Shown here: one piece after another, positions 36,534 through 45,821 of the stretch
How the letters are laid out: each line of letters begins with the position of its first letter
How positions within the stretch are numbered: the first letter of the stretch is position 1
Assembly: GCA_964471165.1 (NCBI GenBank)
Contig: CAYYEX010000004.1
Coordinates: forward strand, 22,378 to 86,377
Direction: 5' to 3'
DNA: 64,000 nt
Source: an uncultured Candidatus Saccharibacteria bacterium
Lineage (GTDB): Bacteria > Patescibacteriota > Minisyncoccia > Phycocordibacterales > UBA2100
Program-made: the position numbers and the translations under genes
Notes under the pieces: generated by a model
Seen by the model: the letters and a program-made list of their open reading frames with translations, nothing else
Databases searched by the model: none
What the model was told of the DNA's origin: nothing

Positions 36534-37324
36534 CCTCGCAGAAATGCGAGTATGGGGGCAAGGAACGCTGACGGCTGCTCTATGTGCACAAGATGACCCG
36601 CATCCGGTATGACAACGAGTGTCGAGCCGGCAATGCGCAACTGAATACGCGACCCGATACTCACTGCAGTAATCGGGTCGCTTTTTCCATATATGAGTAG
36701 TGTTTTTGCCTTCACTCTCGAGAAAATGGTGTCATCGCCTTTCTGGTGCGTGCGCATGTATACGGCCAGCATTCGCTTTCCGTGTTCACGTTCGACTCGT
36801 GCGTTATCGGCAAACTCCCGCGGGGTGAGAAATGTTTTATGCATATAGAAAAGAAATCCTGGCATAAGCCTGCCTACCGTGTGAATGATTGCCGTATTGA
36901 GTTTTCGAAACCAACCGACTCGATTCCAGTCACCCATTGATACAAGAAGAAGTTTTGGAGCGCCAAATGTAGCAGCATACGAGAGCGCCACGCGCGCACC
37001 AAACGAGTGTCCGAGTACCGCGTAGGGAGACAGCGAGAGCGCTTCACAAAACGAATGTACGAACTGCGCGTATTCTTCAATCGACCAGGCACTCGGCGGT
37101 GCTTCGCTCATCCCGAAGCCTGGCATATCAAGCGCATATACCGTGTATTCTTGCGCAAGATTGGATATCACCCCGCGCCATGTCACTGCACTCTGTGCCC
37201 ACCCATGCACGAGGATGAGCGCCGGACCTGTGCCAACAGAAAGGTACCTGGTAGTGAGTCCCCCTATGACGACTGTTCGGTATGAAGGGGTCTCTTGCAT
37301 GTATATCAAAATATGATGCCTCAA
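36530..37324 (-). CDS. alpha/beta-fold hydrolase
   Basis: ILVHGWAQS...AVLGHSFGARVAL (GxSxG nucleophile elbow)...PDAGHLVHIEQP. Confidence 0.75.
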   Translation of the reverse strand: MRHHILIYMQETPSYRTVVIGGLTTRYLSVGTGPALILVHGWAQSAVTWRGVISNLAQEYTVYALDMPGFGMSEAPPSAWSIEEYAQFVHSFCEALSLSPYAVLGHSFGARVALSYAATFGAPKLLLVSMGDWNRVGWFRKLNTAIIHTVGRLMPGFLFYMHKTFLTPREFADNARVEREHGKRMLAVYMRTHQKGDDTIFSRVKAKTLLIYGKSDPITAVSIGSRIQLRIAGSTLVVIPDAGHLVHIEQPSAFLAPILAFLRG

Positions 37325-37340
37325 GGACTTTATGTCGAGG

Positions 37341-37378
37341 CCAAAAAGAACGGTCCGCCTGTGGCGGACCGTTCTTTT
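37341..37378 (-). terminator. Strong bidirectional terminator immediately downstream of rplB (AAGAACGGTCCGCC-TGT-GGCGGACCGTTCTT flanked by A5/T5)
   Basis: 14-bp perfect stem, 7 nt after the rplB stop. It separates rplB from rpsS, which are normally co-transcribed. Confidence 0.6.
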
Positions 37379-37384
37379 TGTTGA

Positions 37385-38227
37385 TTATTTTCGTTTGCCG
37401 ACTTTTCGACGAGTGACAACGAAGACGTTTGAGTACTTCTTTGGTCGGCGAGTCTTTTGACCCTTGCCGGACGGCTTACCCCACATCGTTCGCTGTCGTC
37501 GGTGACCGCGACCCTGCTTACCTTCACCTCCACCGTGTGGGTGGTCAACTGGGTTCATAACCGTTCCTCGAACTGTCGGGCGAATGCCCATCCAGCGAGA
37601 GCGACCTGCTTTTCCGATTACCACGAGGCGATGTTCGTCGTTGGATACTTCGCCCACACATGCCCATGCGGTTGAGATAACACGGCGCACTTCGGTGCTT
37701 GGCATTTTGAGGTGCGTGTAACCTGCGTCTTGCGCAACAACTTCTGCGTAGTTACCTGCAGAACGTGCAATTGATGCCTTAACTCCTGGCTGGATTGATA
37801 CGTTGTAAACAAATGTACCAACCGGCATGTTGCCGAGTGGAAGACGGTTTGCTGTCTTCATTGGTGCAGTTTCAGAAACGATGAATGTATCGCCGACTTT
37901 CACTTTCTTTGGGAGCACAACGTAGCGCTTTTCACCGTCCTTGTAGACTGCAAGACCGATGAATGCAGAGCGGTTCGGGTCGTACTCGATGGTCGCAATT
38001 TTTGCCTCGATGTTCTTCTTGTCGAACACAAAGTCAACATTTCGGTATTTGCGCTTGTGTCCACCGCCATGATGACGGGTCGTGATGCGACCGAATGAGT
38101 TGCGGCCTCCTGTTGAGCGCTTGCCCTTCAAGAGCGACTTCGTTGGCTTATCGCCGGAGAGAAGCTTGCTATATTCGATGCGCGTCATGCCGCGCGTACC
38201 TGGTGTGACTGGTTTAAGGTGTTTCAT
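37385..38227 (-). CDS. rplB: 50S ribosomal protein L2
   Basis: MKHLKPVTPGTRGM...GGGHKRKYR...HPHGGGEGK. Confidence 0.95.
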   Translation of the reverse strand: MKHLKPVTPGTRGMTRIEYSKLLSGDKPTKSLLKGKRSTGGRNSFGRITTRHHGGGHKRKYRNVDFVFDKKNIEAKIATIEYDPNRSAFIGLAVYKDGEKRYVVLPKKVKVGDTFIVSETAPMKTANRLPLGNMPVGTFVYNVSIQPGVKASIARSAGNYAEVVAQDAGYTHLKMPSTEVRRVISTAWACVGEVSNDEHRLVVIGKAGRSRWMGIRPTVRGTVMNPVDHPHGGGEGKQGRGHRRQRTMWGKPSGKGQKTRRPKKYSNVFVVTRRKVGKRK

Positions 38228-38228
38228 A

Positions 38229-38594
38229 TTATGAGATGGTGATGCTGTCTCCGCTCTTGAGGTAGACGTATGCCTTCTTGCCGCCGCCCTTCATGCCGGT
38301 CTTTCCAGTGCGCGCGTGACGAACGGACTTCATCGGGATGGTAACCGTGCGAATCATTCGCGGCGTTACCTTGTAGAGCTGGTGAACCGCACGAATGATG
38401 TCGCGCTTGGTTGCACGCTCAGAGATGTTGAAAGTGTAGACCTTTGCATCTGAGTGCATCGTTGCCTTCTCTGTGATGCGTGCGTGAGAGAGGATGTGCG
38501 AGAGGTCGCGCTGAGCACCAGATACTTTTTCAGTCGTCGCGACTGCATCCGCTTTCTTGGTCGTCTTTTTTGTTTTGCTTGAGAAGAGTGCCAT
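38229..38594 (-). CDS. rplW: 50S ribosomal protein L23 (N-terminal basic extension; start uncertain)
   Basis: ILSHARITEKATMHSDAKVYTFNISERATKRDIIRAVHQLYKV. Confidence 0.9.
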   Translation of the reverse strand: MALFSSKTKKTTKKADAVATTEKVSGAQRDLSHILSHARITEKATMHSDAKVYTFNISERATKRDIIRAVHQLYKVTPRMIRTVTIPMKSVRHARTGKTGMKGGGKKAYVYLKSGDSITIS

Positions 38595-38606
38595 ATAGAT
38601 TTCGGT

Positions 38607-39305
38607 TTATTTCGCCTGGGTTGCCTTTTCGAGCTTTGCCTTTGATGCGCGCTTTGAAATTGCACTCACTGATTCAGTTGGGTTTTCAATCACGATGTAC
38701 TTGTATTTGAGCACGTTTACCGGGTTGAGGTTTGAGACGTTCTCGAATGTTACAGAGCCGATGTTGCGGAAGCTCTTCACCGATGCGTCTGACTTATCCG
38801 TAGATGCAATGAGTGCAAGATTCTGTTTCTTTGTTCCCGAGAGCTTCTCGAAACCCTTCACGCTCGAGAGTGCGATGAGTGCCTTCTTTGCTTCTGCTGT
38901 CTTTGGAGCCTTGAAGCCGAACGAATCGACGAACAAGAGTTCACCGTCGCGCATTTTCTGAGAGAGTGCAACAAAGAGAGCCTTTGCGCGCATCTTCTTC
39001 GGGATTTCGCGACCGAAAACCTTTTCGTTGCGAGGGCCGTGCGTTACACCGCCTCCCTTCCAAATCGGAGAACGAGATGAGCCGTGACGAGCGCGGCCGG
39101 TTCCCTTCTGCTGCCATGGCTTCTTACCGCCTCCGCGAACTTCGCCGCGACCCTTGGTGTGAGCAACATTGGTGCGGGCATTTGCCTGCATCGATACAAC
39201 TACCTGGTGAATGAGTGCTGCATTCCACGGAAGGTCGAATACGTTCTCAGGGAGCGTCACTTCGCCTGCCTTTTTACCCTTGATGTCGAAAATATCTGTT
39301 TTCAT
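38607..39305 (-). CDS. rplD: 50S ribosomal protein L4
   Basis: PWNAALIHQVVVSMQANAR...GGGKKPWQQKGTGRARHGS. Confidence 0.95.
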   Translation of the reverse strand: MKTDIFDIKGKKAGEVTLPENVFDLPWNAALIHQVVVSMQANARTNVAHTKGRGEVRGGGKKPWQQKGTGRARHGSSRSPIWKGGGVTHGPRNEKVFGREIPKKMRAKALFVALSQKMRDGELLFVDSFGFKAPKTAEAKKALIALSSVKGFEKLSGTKKQNLALIASTDKSDASVKSFRNIGSVTFENVSNLNPVNVLKYKYIVIENPTESVSAISKRASKAKLEKATQAK

Positions 39306-39314
39306 AGTATTGAA

Positions 39315-39932
39315 TTAGCCGCGAATCTCGATGAGTGTACCAGGGCGACCTGGCAATGCACCTGAAATGAGAATCTGATTGTTTGCGGCATCTACCTGGA
39401 GTACACGAAGGTTCGTGACCGTAACACGGTCGTTACCCATGCGTCCTGCCATGCGCATCCCCTTTACCACGCGGCCACCTGCGCGACCACCGCCACCGAT
39501 GCTTCCTGGAGCGCGCTCCTTGTTTTTCTGACCGTGTGAGCGAGGACCGCCGGAAAATCCGTGTCGCTTTACGACACCCTGGAAGCCCTTACCCTTGGAG
39601 ATTGCAGAAACCTGCACAACATCTCCAGGAACAAAAATTGAAATATCGATGGTATCTCCGCGCTTGAGTTCTCCTGCTTCCTGTCGGTTTTCGCGGATGA
39701 ATCGTGCGCTTGGGAGGTCCTTTAGGTGGCCCATAACGGCCTTACCGAGATTCTTTGCGGCGCGGGTGCCCATGCCGAGTTGCACTGCATCGTAGCCGTC
39801 CTTTTCCTTACCCTTTACCTGGGTAACGGTGAGCGGACCAGCAGAAACGATAGTTGCAGCAGAAACAACACCCTTCTCGTCGAAGACCTGTGTCATTTTG
39901 CCCTTGGTTCCGAGCATGAATTTGCCTGCCAT
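39315..39932 (-). CDS. rplC: 50S ribosomal protein L3
   Basis: MAGKFMLGTKGKMTQVFDEKG from the ATG at 39932. There is no rpsJ upstream within this window. Confidence 0.9.
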   Translation of the reverse strand: MAGKFMLGTKGKMTQVFDEKGVVSAATIVSAGPLTVTQVKGKEKDGYDAVQLGMGTRAAKNLGKAVMGHLKDLPSARFIRENRQEAGELKRGDTIDISIFVPGDVVQVSAISKGKGFQGVVKRHGFSGGPRSHGQKNKERAPGSIGGGGRAGGRVVKGMRMAGRMGNDRVTVTNLRVLQVDAANNQILISGALPGRPGTLIEIRG

Positions 39933-40104
39933 AATATCTATTGTTTGTTTTGCAAAAAAATTGACCCGCATAGCGAGCCGTGCCTTCGAGGATTCGAAGA
40001 TAAGTTCGCCAGTGGTCCCCGACCGGTATGCCGGAGGGACTTGGGTTGAGGCAGTATACGGAACTATGAGAAATATGCAAATCCGGCCTTAGTTGGGCGG
40101 TAGC

Positions 40105-40563
40105 TCAGGAGTGCGTATGAATAGACTCAATAGTCGGGGGAACGATACCGTGTTTATGGTGGCGGTGCAGCATGGCGCTGATGAACAATATAAGGAGTGC
40201 CGAAGTCACTCCGAGCCCTACAGGAATCGTGTAGTCATTGCCCCCGAAGCCAAATATAGCGTTTATCGAACAAAGAAACCCACACTCCCCGGAGCTCGAG
40301 CCAGTCGTTGCCTCGGCAGGTTGCCAAGTGATGTCGGATGCGGTTACCCCCTGCTGTGATGCCGCCTGTGCGAGGGATGCAACCATCGCATCCACCTGTG
40401 CGCTCGGGATACTGGCGGAGCGTGGGTCTTTCATTATTTCGGCGCGGATTGCCTCGGAGAGACCTGCGGACTGCGCACCCACAAGCAGTGGGAGTGAAAG
40501 AATAGCGGCTGCACACAATGCCCCGAACTTAAATGTGTCTTTCATAAAAATATTAGTTACCAA
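40105..40563 (-). CDS. small secreted / membrane-anchored protein (signal peptide, C-terminal TM, His-rich end)
   Basis: FKFGALCAAAILSLPLLVGAQSA signal; C-terminal hydrophobic helix, then HRHHKHG. Confidence 0.4.
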   Translation of the reverse strand: MVTNIFMKDTFKFGALCAAAILSLPLLVGAQSAGLSEAIRAEIMKDPRSASIPSAQVDAMVASLAQAASQQGVTASDITWQPAEATTGSSSGECGFLCSINAIFGFGGNDYTIPVGLGVTSALLILFISAMLHRHHKHGIVPPTIESIHTHS

Positions 40564-41434
40564 ACTGACCCGCTGGCTGGTACCACGTCGGAATTACGTT
40601 CACGCTCTTTGTTTCAGTGATTGTGCTTGGAGTGCCTCCGACAAGTGCGCGACAGAAGAGGGTGTAATCGGTTCGGCTTGTAATTGGGCTGGTGGTCATT
40701 CCAGTAGCACCTGAACCGAGCATGTTCCACTCCCCAGTAATACTCCCGGCTGCTCCGTCGCCGTTGGAACCGCGAACGGTGCAATCGCGTACATTTGATA
40801 CGTTCCAGAACACATAAGTCACGTCGCCCGCGCGAACGATTCCCGGCTGCACCTGCAAATGTCCGGATGCGTTGAATCCTCTTGTAGTCGCGAATCCTAT
40901 GAAATGCGGATTACCGTCAGGTGGAACGCATGTGTTACCCACTTTTGTGTATCCAGTAGGACAAGCCGGACAATTACCCGTAGTTGGATTTGGGGTAGAA
41001 CCATCCCAACACGAGTTCGGGGCATATGTTCCAGTGTATGAACCAGTGCCCGGGGTGTATGAGCCGGTGCCTGTCGGATACGAGCCGGTGCCCGGAGTGT
41101 ATGAGCCGGTGCCCGGAGTGTATGAGCCGGTGGTTGGGTCGTATGAACCCGTGGTTGGGTCGTATGAACCCGTGGTTGGGTCGTATGAACCGGTAACAGG
41201 AACGTATGAACCGGTAACAGGAACGTATGAAGCAGTGACTGTGCCGCCAGAGGCGGGAACCATTTGAAGTCCCGACGGGCTTTCGTCGGAAAACTGTGTT
41301 TCGACCGACAGCTCAACAGTGCGAGCAGACGAGTAGTTGAATAAGAGATATGCTGCGGCAAAAATCGCAAAGGCACTCACAATAAATCGACTATAGTCGC
41401 TGATGCGTAACGACTTCTTCGCATGTCGGGACAT
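40553..41434 (-). CDS. membrane-anchored protein with tandem heptapeptide (TGSYxP-type) repeats and a Cys-containing C-terminal domain
   Basis: TGSYVPV x2, TGSYDPT x3, TGSYTPG x3 and further variants; N-terminal TM anchor. Confidence 0.55.
   Translation of the reverse strand: MSRHAKKSLRISDYSRFIVSAFAIFAAAYLLFNYSSARTVELSVETQFSDESPSGLQMVPASGGTVTASYVPVTGSYVPVTGSYDPTTGSYDPTTGSYDPTTGSYTPGTGSYTPGTGSYPTGTGSYTPGTGSYTGTYAPNSCWDGSTPNPTTGNCPACPTGYTKVGNTCVPPDGNPHFIGFATTRGFNASGHLQVQPGIVRAGDVTYVFWNVSNVRDCTVRGSNGDGAAGSITGEWNMLGSGATGMTTSPITSRTDYTLFCRALVGGTPSTITETKSVNVIPTWYQPAGQFGN
41029..41240. repeat. About ten 21-bp tandem repeats encoding the heptapeptide array
   Basis: Directly visible: ccggtgcccggagtgtatgag x2, cccgtggttgggtcgtatgaa x3, ccggtaacaggaacgtatgaa x2 and further units. 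Confidence 0.8.
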
Positions 41435-41495
41435 ATTTATCTATTATTGTACTTCATCTCTACTCGAATTGATTCCGCACTGTGTATAGCTGAGC

Positions 41496-42740
41496 TTACG
41501 ATTCCCCCTCTAGACAAAGCGAGCGATATTGTTCGGGAATCAACGCGCAACGCTCAGAGCGCGATTGACCCCTCGGGATATACCTCGATATGCTTACCGC
41601 AAGATCATGGAAACAGAAATCTTGAGATTTTGAGTCGCGTAAGAGCGAACAGAAACGTGCAGAAACGGAAGGTTCGGCATCACCCCCCCAGAAAAATGTA
41701 GATAGTGCATACGATTTGCATACAAGCGCGTCCGCTTCGTCACTCGCGTGGTTGCAAAGATTTTCCACTGCACGAAGCTGCTCATCTGTATACAATCCCT
41801 CGTCGAGCTTTCTTACATCATGGCCACCGACATTGTGTGGAAAGTCCTTTCCGAAGGCACCAGCGCACGCGCTTCGGTTTGCGCCGTGTGGCAAGAGTGC
41901 ACAAACAGCCATCCCCCGACTCAACTGTGTGTCGGTGAATGTTTGCATATTCGCACCAGCATATTCCATAAAGTGCGGACTCATGTATACGTAGCAGCTC
42001 GCTTTTGCGCTTTCAGGAATGAGTGCAGTGTCGCAAGGGGCAAGAGGGTTTTTAGGGTCAAAGTATTTTCTATTGGCTTTCACCCACAGCTCGACATCGT
42101 GCCCTCCGCCGCCGACAAGCTCCATCACTGCCCCACCAATACACTCCTTCGACTGAACGAAATCGTACTCCTTGGTACCGGTTTTTTCGCAGAATGCGAC
42201 GGTTTGCGGGAAACTGAAACCATAGTATGCGAAAACCCCATGACCGAGTCCGTGGTAACACATTGAATACGCACTGCCTCCACCGGGCGCAGAATGACAC
42301 GCATCGTCTATGAGTTTGCGCACACTATCCCCGTCGCCCAGTTCTTGCATCGTCTCTATTACAATCGAATGCGAACATCCATTGCGAAATTCCTGTGTAC
42401 ACACAGACATACCCTCGATTCCCTGTTGCGCATAGAGCTCGTGTCCGATTGCATGCGCAATGAGATGAATGTCGGTATCCAGTGGCAATATCGCTTCTCG
42501 CAGTACCGCAAAAGAATATTCGGCACCTTTTACTTGTGCAAGTTCACCAAATCGTTTTGAAAGTTCATTAAGCGACGGCGTGCCACTTCCAATTGTTGCG
42601 ACCTCAGGATAGTTGGCTACCGTGCTCACCTTTGACTCCCGCACCATTACGAGTCCTGCACACACCGTGAGCACAGCAAGTGCTGCAAGAAGTTTTTTTG
42701 TTGAAATGCCCGACACCATCGAAATAAGTATAGCCGACAC
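41496..42740 (-). CDS. Cys/His-rich secreted protein, paralog family member 1 of 3
   Basis: Signal anchor. Shares ordered motifs with 53186..54412 and 62558..63622: H.IGH ... C....C..GC.H(S/G)(I/V) ... C(Y/V)HG(L/V)GH ... C..G.(F/V)ME. Confidence 0.55.
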   Translation of the reverse strand: MSAILISMVSGISTKKLLAALAVLTVCAGLVMVRESKVSTVANYPEVATIGSGTPSLNELSKRFGELAQVKGAEYSFAVLREAILPLDTDIHLIAHAIGHELYAQQGIEGMSVCTQEFRNGCSHSIVIETMQELGDGDSVRKLIDDACHSAPGGGSAYSMCYHGLGHGVFAYYGFSFPQTVAFCEKTGTKEYDFVQSKECIGGAVMELVGGGGHDVELWVKANRKYFDPKNPLAPCDTALIPESAKASCYVYMSPHFMEYAGANMQTFTDTQLSRGMAVCALLPHGANRSACAGAFGKDFPHNVGGHDVRKLDEGLYTDEQLRAVENLCNHASDEADALVCKSYALSTFFWGGDAEPSVSARFCSLLRDSKSQDFCFHDLAVSISRYIPRGQSRSERCALIPEQYRSLCLEGES

Positions 42741-42753
42741 GATGTCTCATTGT

Positions 42754-43560
42754 TTAATGTGGACGCGCTTCAAGCGCGGCATCAATCTTCTGACGGTTCT
42801 CATAAATCGCGTTGCGCAGCGTCTCGAGTCCGACTTTGGCCGCGCGTGGCGCGTTACCCGGATAGGCATTGTGCCAATCTTGTTCACTGAGTGCGTCAAC
42901 ACCGAGAGATGCCAATCGCGCTGCCTCCGCCGCCTCACGAAGACGTCCCAGTTCGTAGAGTGTGGTTGCACGCACACTCAGGAGCCAAGGATTTTCCGGA
43001 TGCAGGACAAGTCCGGAATCGATATTGAGCAGCGCCTCGTCAAAGCGACGCACTTTTACCAATGCCCACGCGTAGTCGGTGCGGCCCTCCCACCCTTCTG
43101 GATGCATTGATACATATATACCGTAATCGCGCGCTGATTCCTCGGACATGCCGAGATACCCCTCAATCAAACCTCGCAGGTAGTATGGCGCGGACTGTTC
43201 TGCTTGTGCTTGTTGCTGTATTTCCACATTCACCTCTGCAAGCGCCTGTTCGTAATCACCATTCAAGAAATGAATGCGCGCAAGCTGATGGTGCGCCATC
43301 GGGTAGTTCGGTTCGAGGCGCAGTGCCGTTTTAAAGTAGCTCTCGGCTCTCGCAAGGTCGTACGCCCGCCCCGGAACATTAATGTGGCCAATGCCATATG
43401 AGTACGCCCGCTCAGCAGAAGGAAAGAGCGCAAATGTAATGCGCTGAAAATTGAGCACGAAAAGTGCCACGACGACGCAAATAACTACAACTCCTGCACG
43501 CATGTACGAGAAACTTTGCATCTCAGCTATTGTACCGTGACGACCATTTTTGGCTCTCAT
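42754..43560 (-). CDS. membrane-anchored TPR-repeat protein (tandem paralog A)
   Basis: N-terminal TM, then TPR-like helices. It aligns throughout with 43557..44366 (e.g. YYLRGLIEGYLGMS vs YYVKGLIEGFMGSY; HPENPWLLS vs HPKNPWLLN). Confidence 0.6.
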   Translation of the reverse strand: MRAKNGRHGTIAEMQSFSYMRAGVVVICVVVALFVLNFQRITFALFPSAERAYSYGIGHINVPGRAYDLARAESYFKTALRLEPNYPMAHHQLARIHFLNGDYEQALAEVNVEIQQQAQAEQSAPYYLRGLIEGYLGMSEESARDYGIYVSMHPEGWEGRTDYAWALVKVRRFDEALLNIDSGLVLHPENPWLLSVRATTLYELGRLREAAEAARLASLGVDALSEQDWHNAYPGNAPRAAKVGLETLRNAIYENRQKIDAALEARPH

Positions 43561-44366
43561 TCGTGTGAACTCGACGCGATGTAGATTTCGATTTTTTCAA
43601 AGTTAAATCTCGCAGCGTTTTGAAGTGTCAGAATTCCTGCCGCAGTAGTGTTTGGGTCGTTACCGGGATACGCCGCCCACCACGTTTCCTCATTCATCTT
43701 GAGCGACTCCTCTTTTGCAAGCGCAGCAACCTCAAGTGCCTCGGGGTAACGCTTCAGCTCAAACAACGCCGTTGTCTTACTGTTGAGAAGCCAAGGGTTC
43801 TTAGGATGCGTTTCAAGTGCGCGATTCAATACAGTGAGTGCCTCGTGCGGACGGTTTCCTCGAAGGAGGACCCAAGCATAGTCGTTCAAGCCCGCCCAAT
43901 TATTAGGATCGGATTTCAGAAACTGCTCGTAACTCAACGCCGCGTTCTGATACGAGCCCATAAACCCCTCTATCAACCCTTTTACATAGTACGAAGACGG
44001 CATTGGTTCCGCTGTTATGAGGAGTTCGGTATTGATGTGCGAGAGCGCCTGTTCGAATTGTCCGCGCAAGAAATAGAGACGGGCGAGATGGTGGTGTATG
44101 TGCGGATACACAGTATCAATTTGCTGCGTCTTATCGAGATACTTCCCCGCCCGACGTATGTCGTATTCCTCTGGAGAGCGAGCATCAAGGTGCTTGATTG
44201 CGATTGTGTACGCGTGTTCTGCTGTGGGATTTACAGCAAAACGAATATCCTCGTACGCATATCCTGCATATCGTGGGATGCTATTTATGCCCACAGCAAA
44301 AAGCGTAAGAACAAAAACTCCGGTCAGGATCCACTCTCGTTTTATTCCAGACGTTCTGCGCGTCAT
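43557..44366 (-). CDS. membrane-anchored TPR-repeat protein (tandem paralog B)
   Basis: See the previous entry; 4-nt overlap (translational coupling). Confidence 0.6.
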   Translation of the reverse strand: MTRRTSGIKREWILTGVFVLTLFAVGINSIPRYAGYAYEDIRFAVNPTAEHAYTIAIKHLDARSPEEYDIRRAGKYLDKTQQIDTVYPHIHHHLARLYFLRGQFEQALSHINTELLITAEPMPSSYYVKGLIEGFMGSYQNAALSYEQFLKSDPNNWAGLNDYAWVLLRGNRPHEALTVLNRALETHPKNPWLLNSKTTALFELKRYPEALEVAALAKEESLKMNEETWWAAYPGNDPNTTAAGILTLQNAARFNFEKIEIYIASSSHE

Positions 44367-44378
44367 GTGACGAACAGT

Positions 44379-45545
44379 TTACTGCGTCTTCAGGTCGGGA
44401 ATCGCAAGTGCGAGCTCAATCGCTGCCTTAAAATCAGGAGAAACATTCATGACTTTCGTAAACGTTTTCCATGTCCCCTTCGTAGGGGCATTCTTTTCTT
44501 CGTTCCGGGCAACACGTATAAATGAAGATGTAAGCGGATTCTTTAGCGCACCCAACTCCTTTGCAAGCTGATCCGCCTGCTTCTTTGCAGCTACTGTGTC
44601 TTTATCGTACTTCAACAAATAGTGTGCATAGTACAATCGATCGAAGAATACATTGTTCATCGTTGATTCCGTGTTGGCCTCGAGTGCAATACGAATAGCC
44701 TCTTCGTGTGCCTCCTTGTAACGGGAGAGGTACTCCTTGTCCCCGCGAGCAGCGAGCCATGCAATCGCATGCGCATTCCAAAAATGATACTCGCTGTACA
44801 TTGGATCTTTCTTATAGTCACCTACCGCATTCTGTATCTCCTTCTCCATAAGGCTCTCGCCGAGCGCTACGTACTTACGCGCTGTAGCTCCATACTCCTC
44901 TCGACGTTCTGCGGAAAGTGAGTTATCGATTGCGTATTGCTGAGCATACCAACGCGCCACTCGCACCGCTGCAAAAGCCGTCGGCTTGACACTATATGAC
45001 CACTCGGCGAGATTTCGAGCGGACGCATCCGGATCACCGGGAGCTAGGTAGCTCGAAAAAGGCGCATCTTTATAGAGTTCAGCAAAAGCAAGTGGATCAC
45101 GGCCGGATGAACAATATGCGAACGCGAGCTTATTGAGTGCAAGTACACGCACAGTAAGATCAAGATTCGGGTCCAAAAAGACCTTCTTGAGCTCCTGTAT
45201 TGAAACAAGGATATCTTTCACGTCACCGCTCAACTTGAAGTTGACCTTAGTAGACCCGATGATTGCTAGTGCTTTCTCATTTGGAACGGCGTTCTCGTCG
45301 TTGAGAATCAAATCACGCTGCTCTCGTGCGGCCTGCCAGTCATTTTTGTTTTGGCTTTCGTAGAGCGCCAATGGCGCAAGATCACTAATGCCGCCCTTGG
45401 AGAGCGACTGGTTCAATCCAGTGTATACGGCATATAACGCCGCCAGAGCGATAAGTATTGCGACAGCTGTGCCAATATAGACCAGCTTCATGGGATGAGC
45501 TTCCTTCTGCGGAGTAGGATTTATAGGTGTAGTTTTATTTTCCAT
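44379..45545 (-). CDS. membrane-anchored hypothetical protein (388 aa)
   Basis: N-terminal TM (LVYIGTAVAILIALAALYAVY), then a large helical extracytoplasmic domain; no motif. Confidence 0.4.
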   Translation of the reverse strand: MENKTTPINPTPQKEAHPMKLVYIGTAVAILIALAALYAVYTGLNQSLSKGGISDLAPLALYESQNKNDWQAAREQRDLILNDENAVPNEKALAIIGSTKVNFKLSGDVKDILVSIQELKKVFLDPNLDLTVRVLALNKLAFAYCSSGRDPLAFAELYKDAPFSSYLAPGDPDASARNLAEWSYSVKPTAFAAVRVARWYAQQYAIDNSLSAERREEYGATARKYVALGESLMEKEIQNAVGDYKKDPMYSEYHFWNAHAIAWLAARGDKEYLSRYKEAHEEAIRIALEANTESTMNNVFFDRLYYAHYLLKYDKDTVAAKKQADQLAKELGALKNPLTSSFIRVARNEEKNAPTKGTWKTFTKVMNVSPDFKAAIELALAIPDLKTQ

Positions 45546-45557
45546 AGGAAAAATGTT

Positions 45558-45785
45558 TCAGCAACCGCCGTCGTCACCACAGCCGCAGGCTTCGGCGGAT
45601 GTGCTGTCACCAGCGCACGCCGGAGCATCCGCATGTGCAACACCGTCCAGCGGTGTTGCGCTCGATTGAGGATTTCCTTTCGAATTAATTCGAGAAGCGC
45701 CAAGCAATACTATTGCCATACCACCAACGATTAGCGCTGCATTTCTAATCTTCGCAAGCAGACTGTTCCGGCCAGATGAATCCAT
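45558..45785 (-). CDS. small protein with a Cys/Gly/Ser-rich C-terminus (PACAGDSTSAEACGCGDDGGC); candidate RiPP precursor divergent from the YcaO gene
   Basis: 75-aa ORF 36 nt from the YcaO start on the opposite strand. The C-terminal 25 aa are rich in azole-forming residues (5 Cys, Ser, Thr, Gly). However, an N-terminal hydrophobic helix and the lack of an SD sequence reduce confidence. Confidence 0.3.
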   Translation of the reverse strand: MDSSGRNSLLAKIRNAALIVGGMAIVLLGASRINSKGNPQSSATPLDGVAHADAPACAGDSTSAEACGCGDDGGC

Positions 45786-45821
45786 TTCGTTTATAGTAAC
45801 GCGGGTCTGGAAAAATCCACA

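Noticed and set aside
40093-40109. tRNA-like 5' end GGGCGGTAGCTCAGG
   Set aside because: No D-arm, anticodon-arm or T-arm follows (GTAGCTCAGGAGTGCGTATGAATAG...), and it overlaps the 3' end of a CDS.
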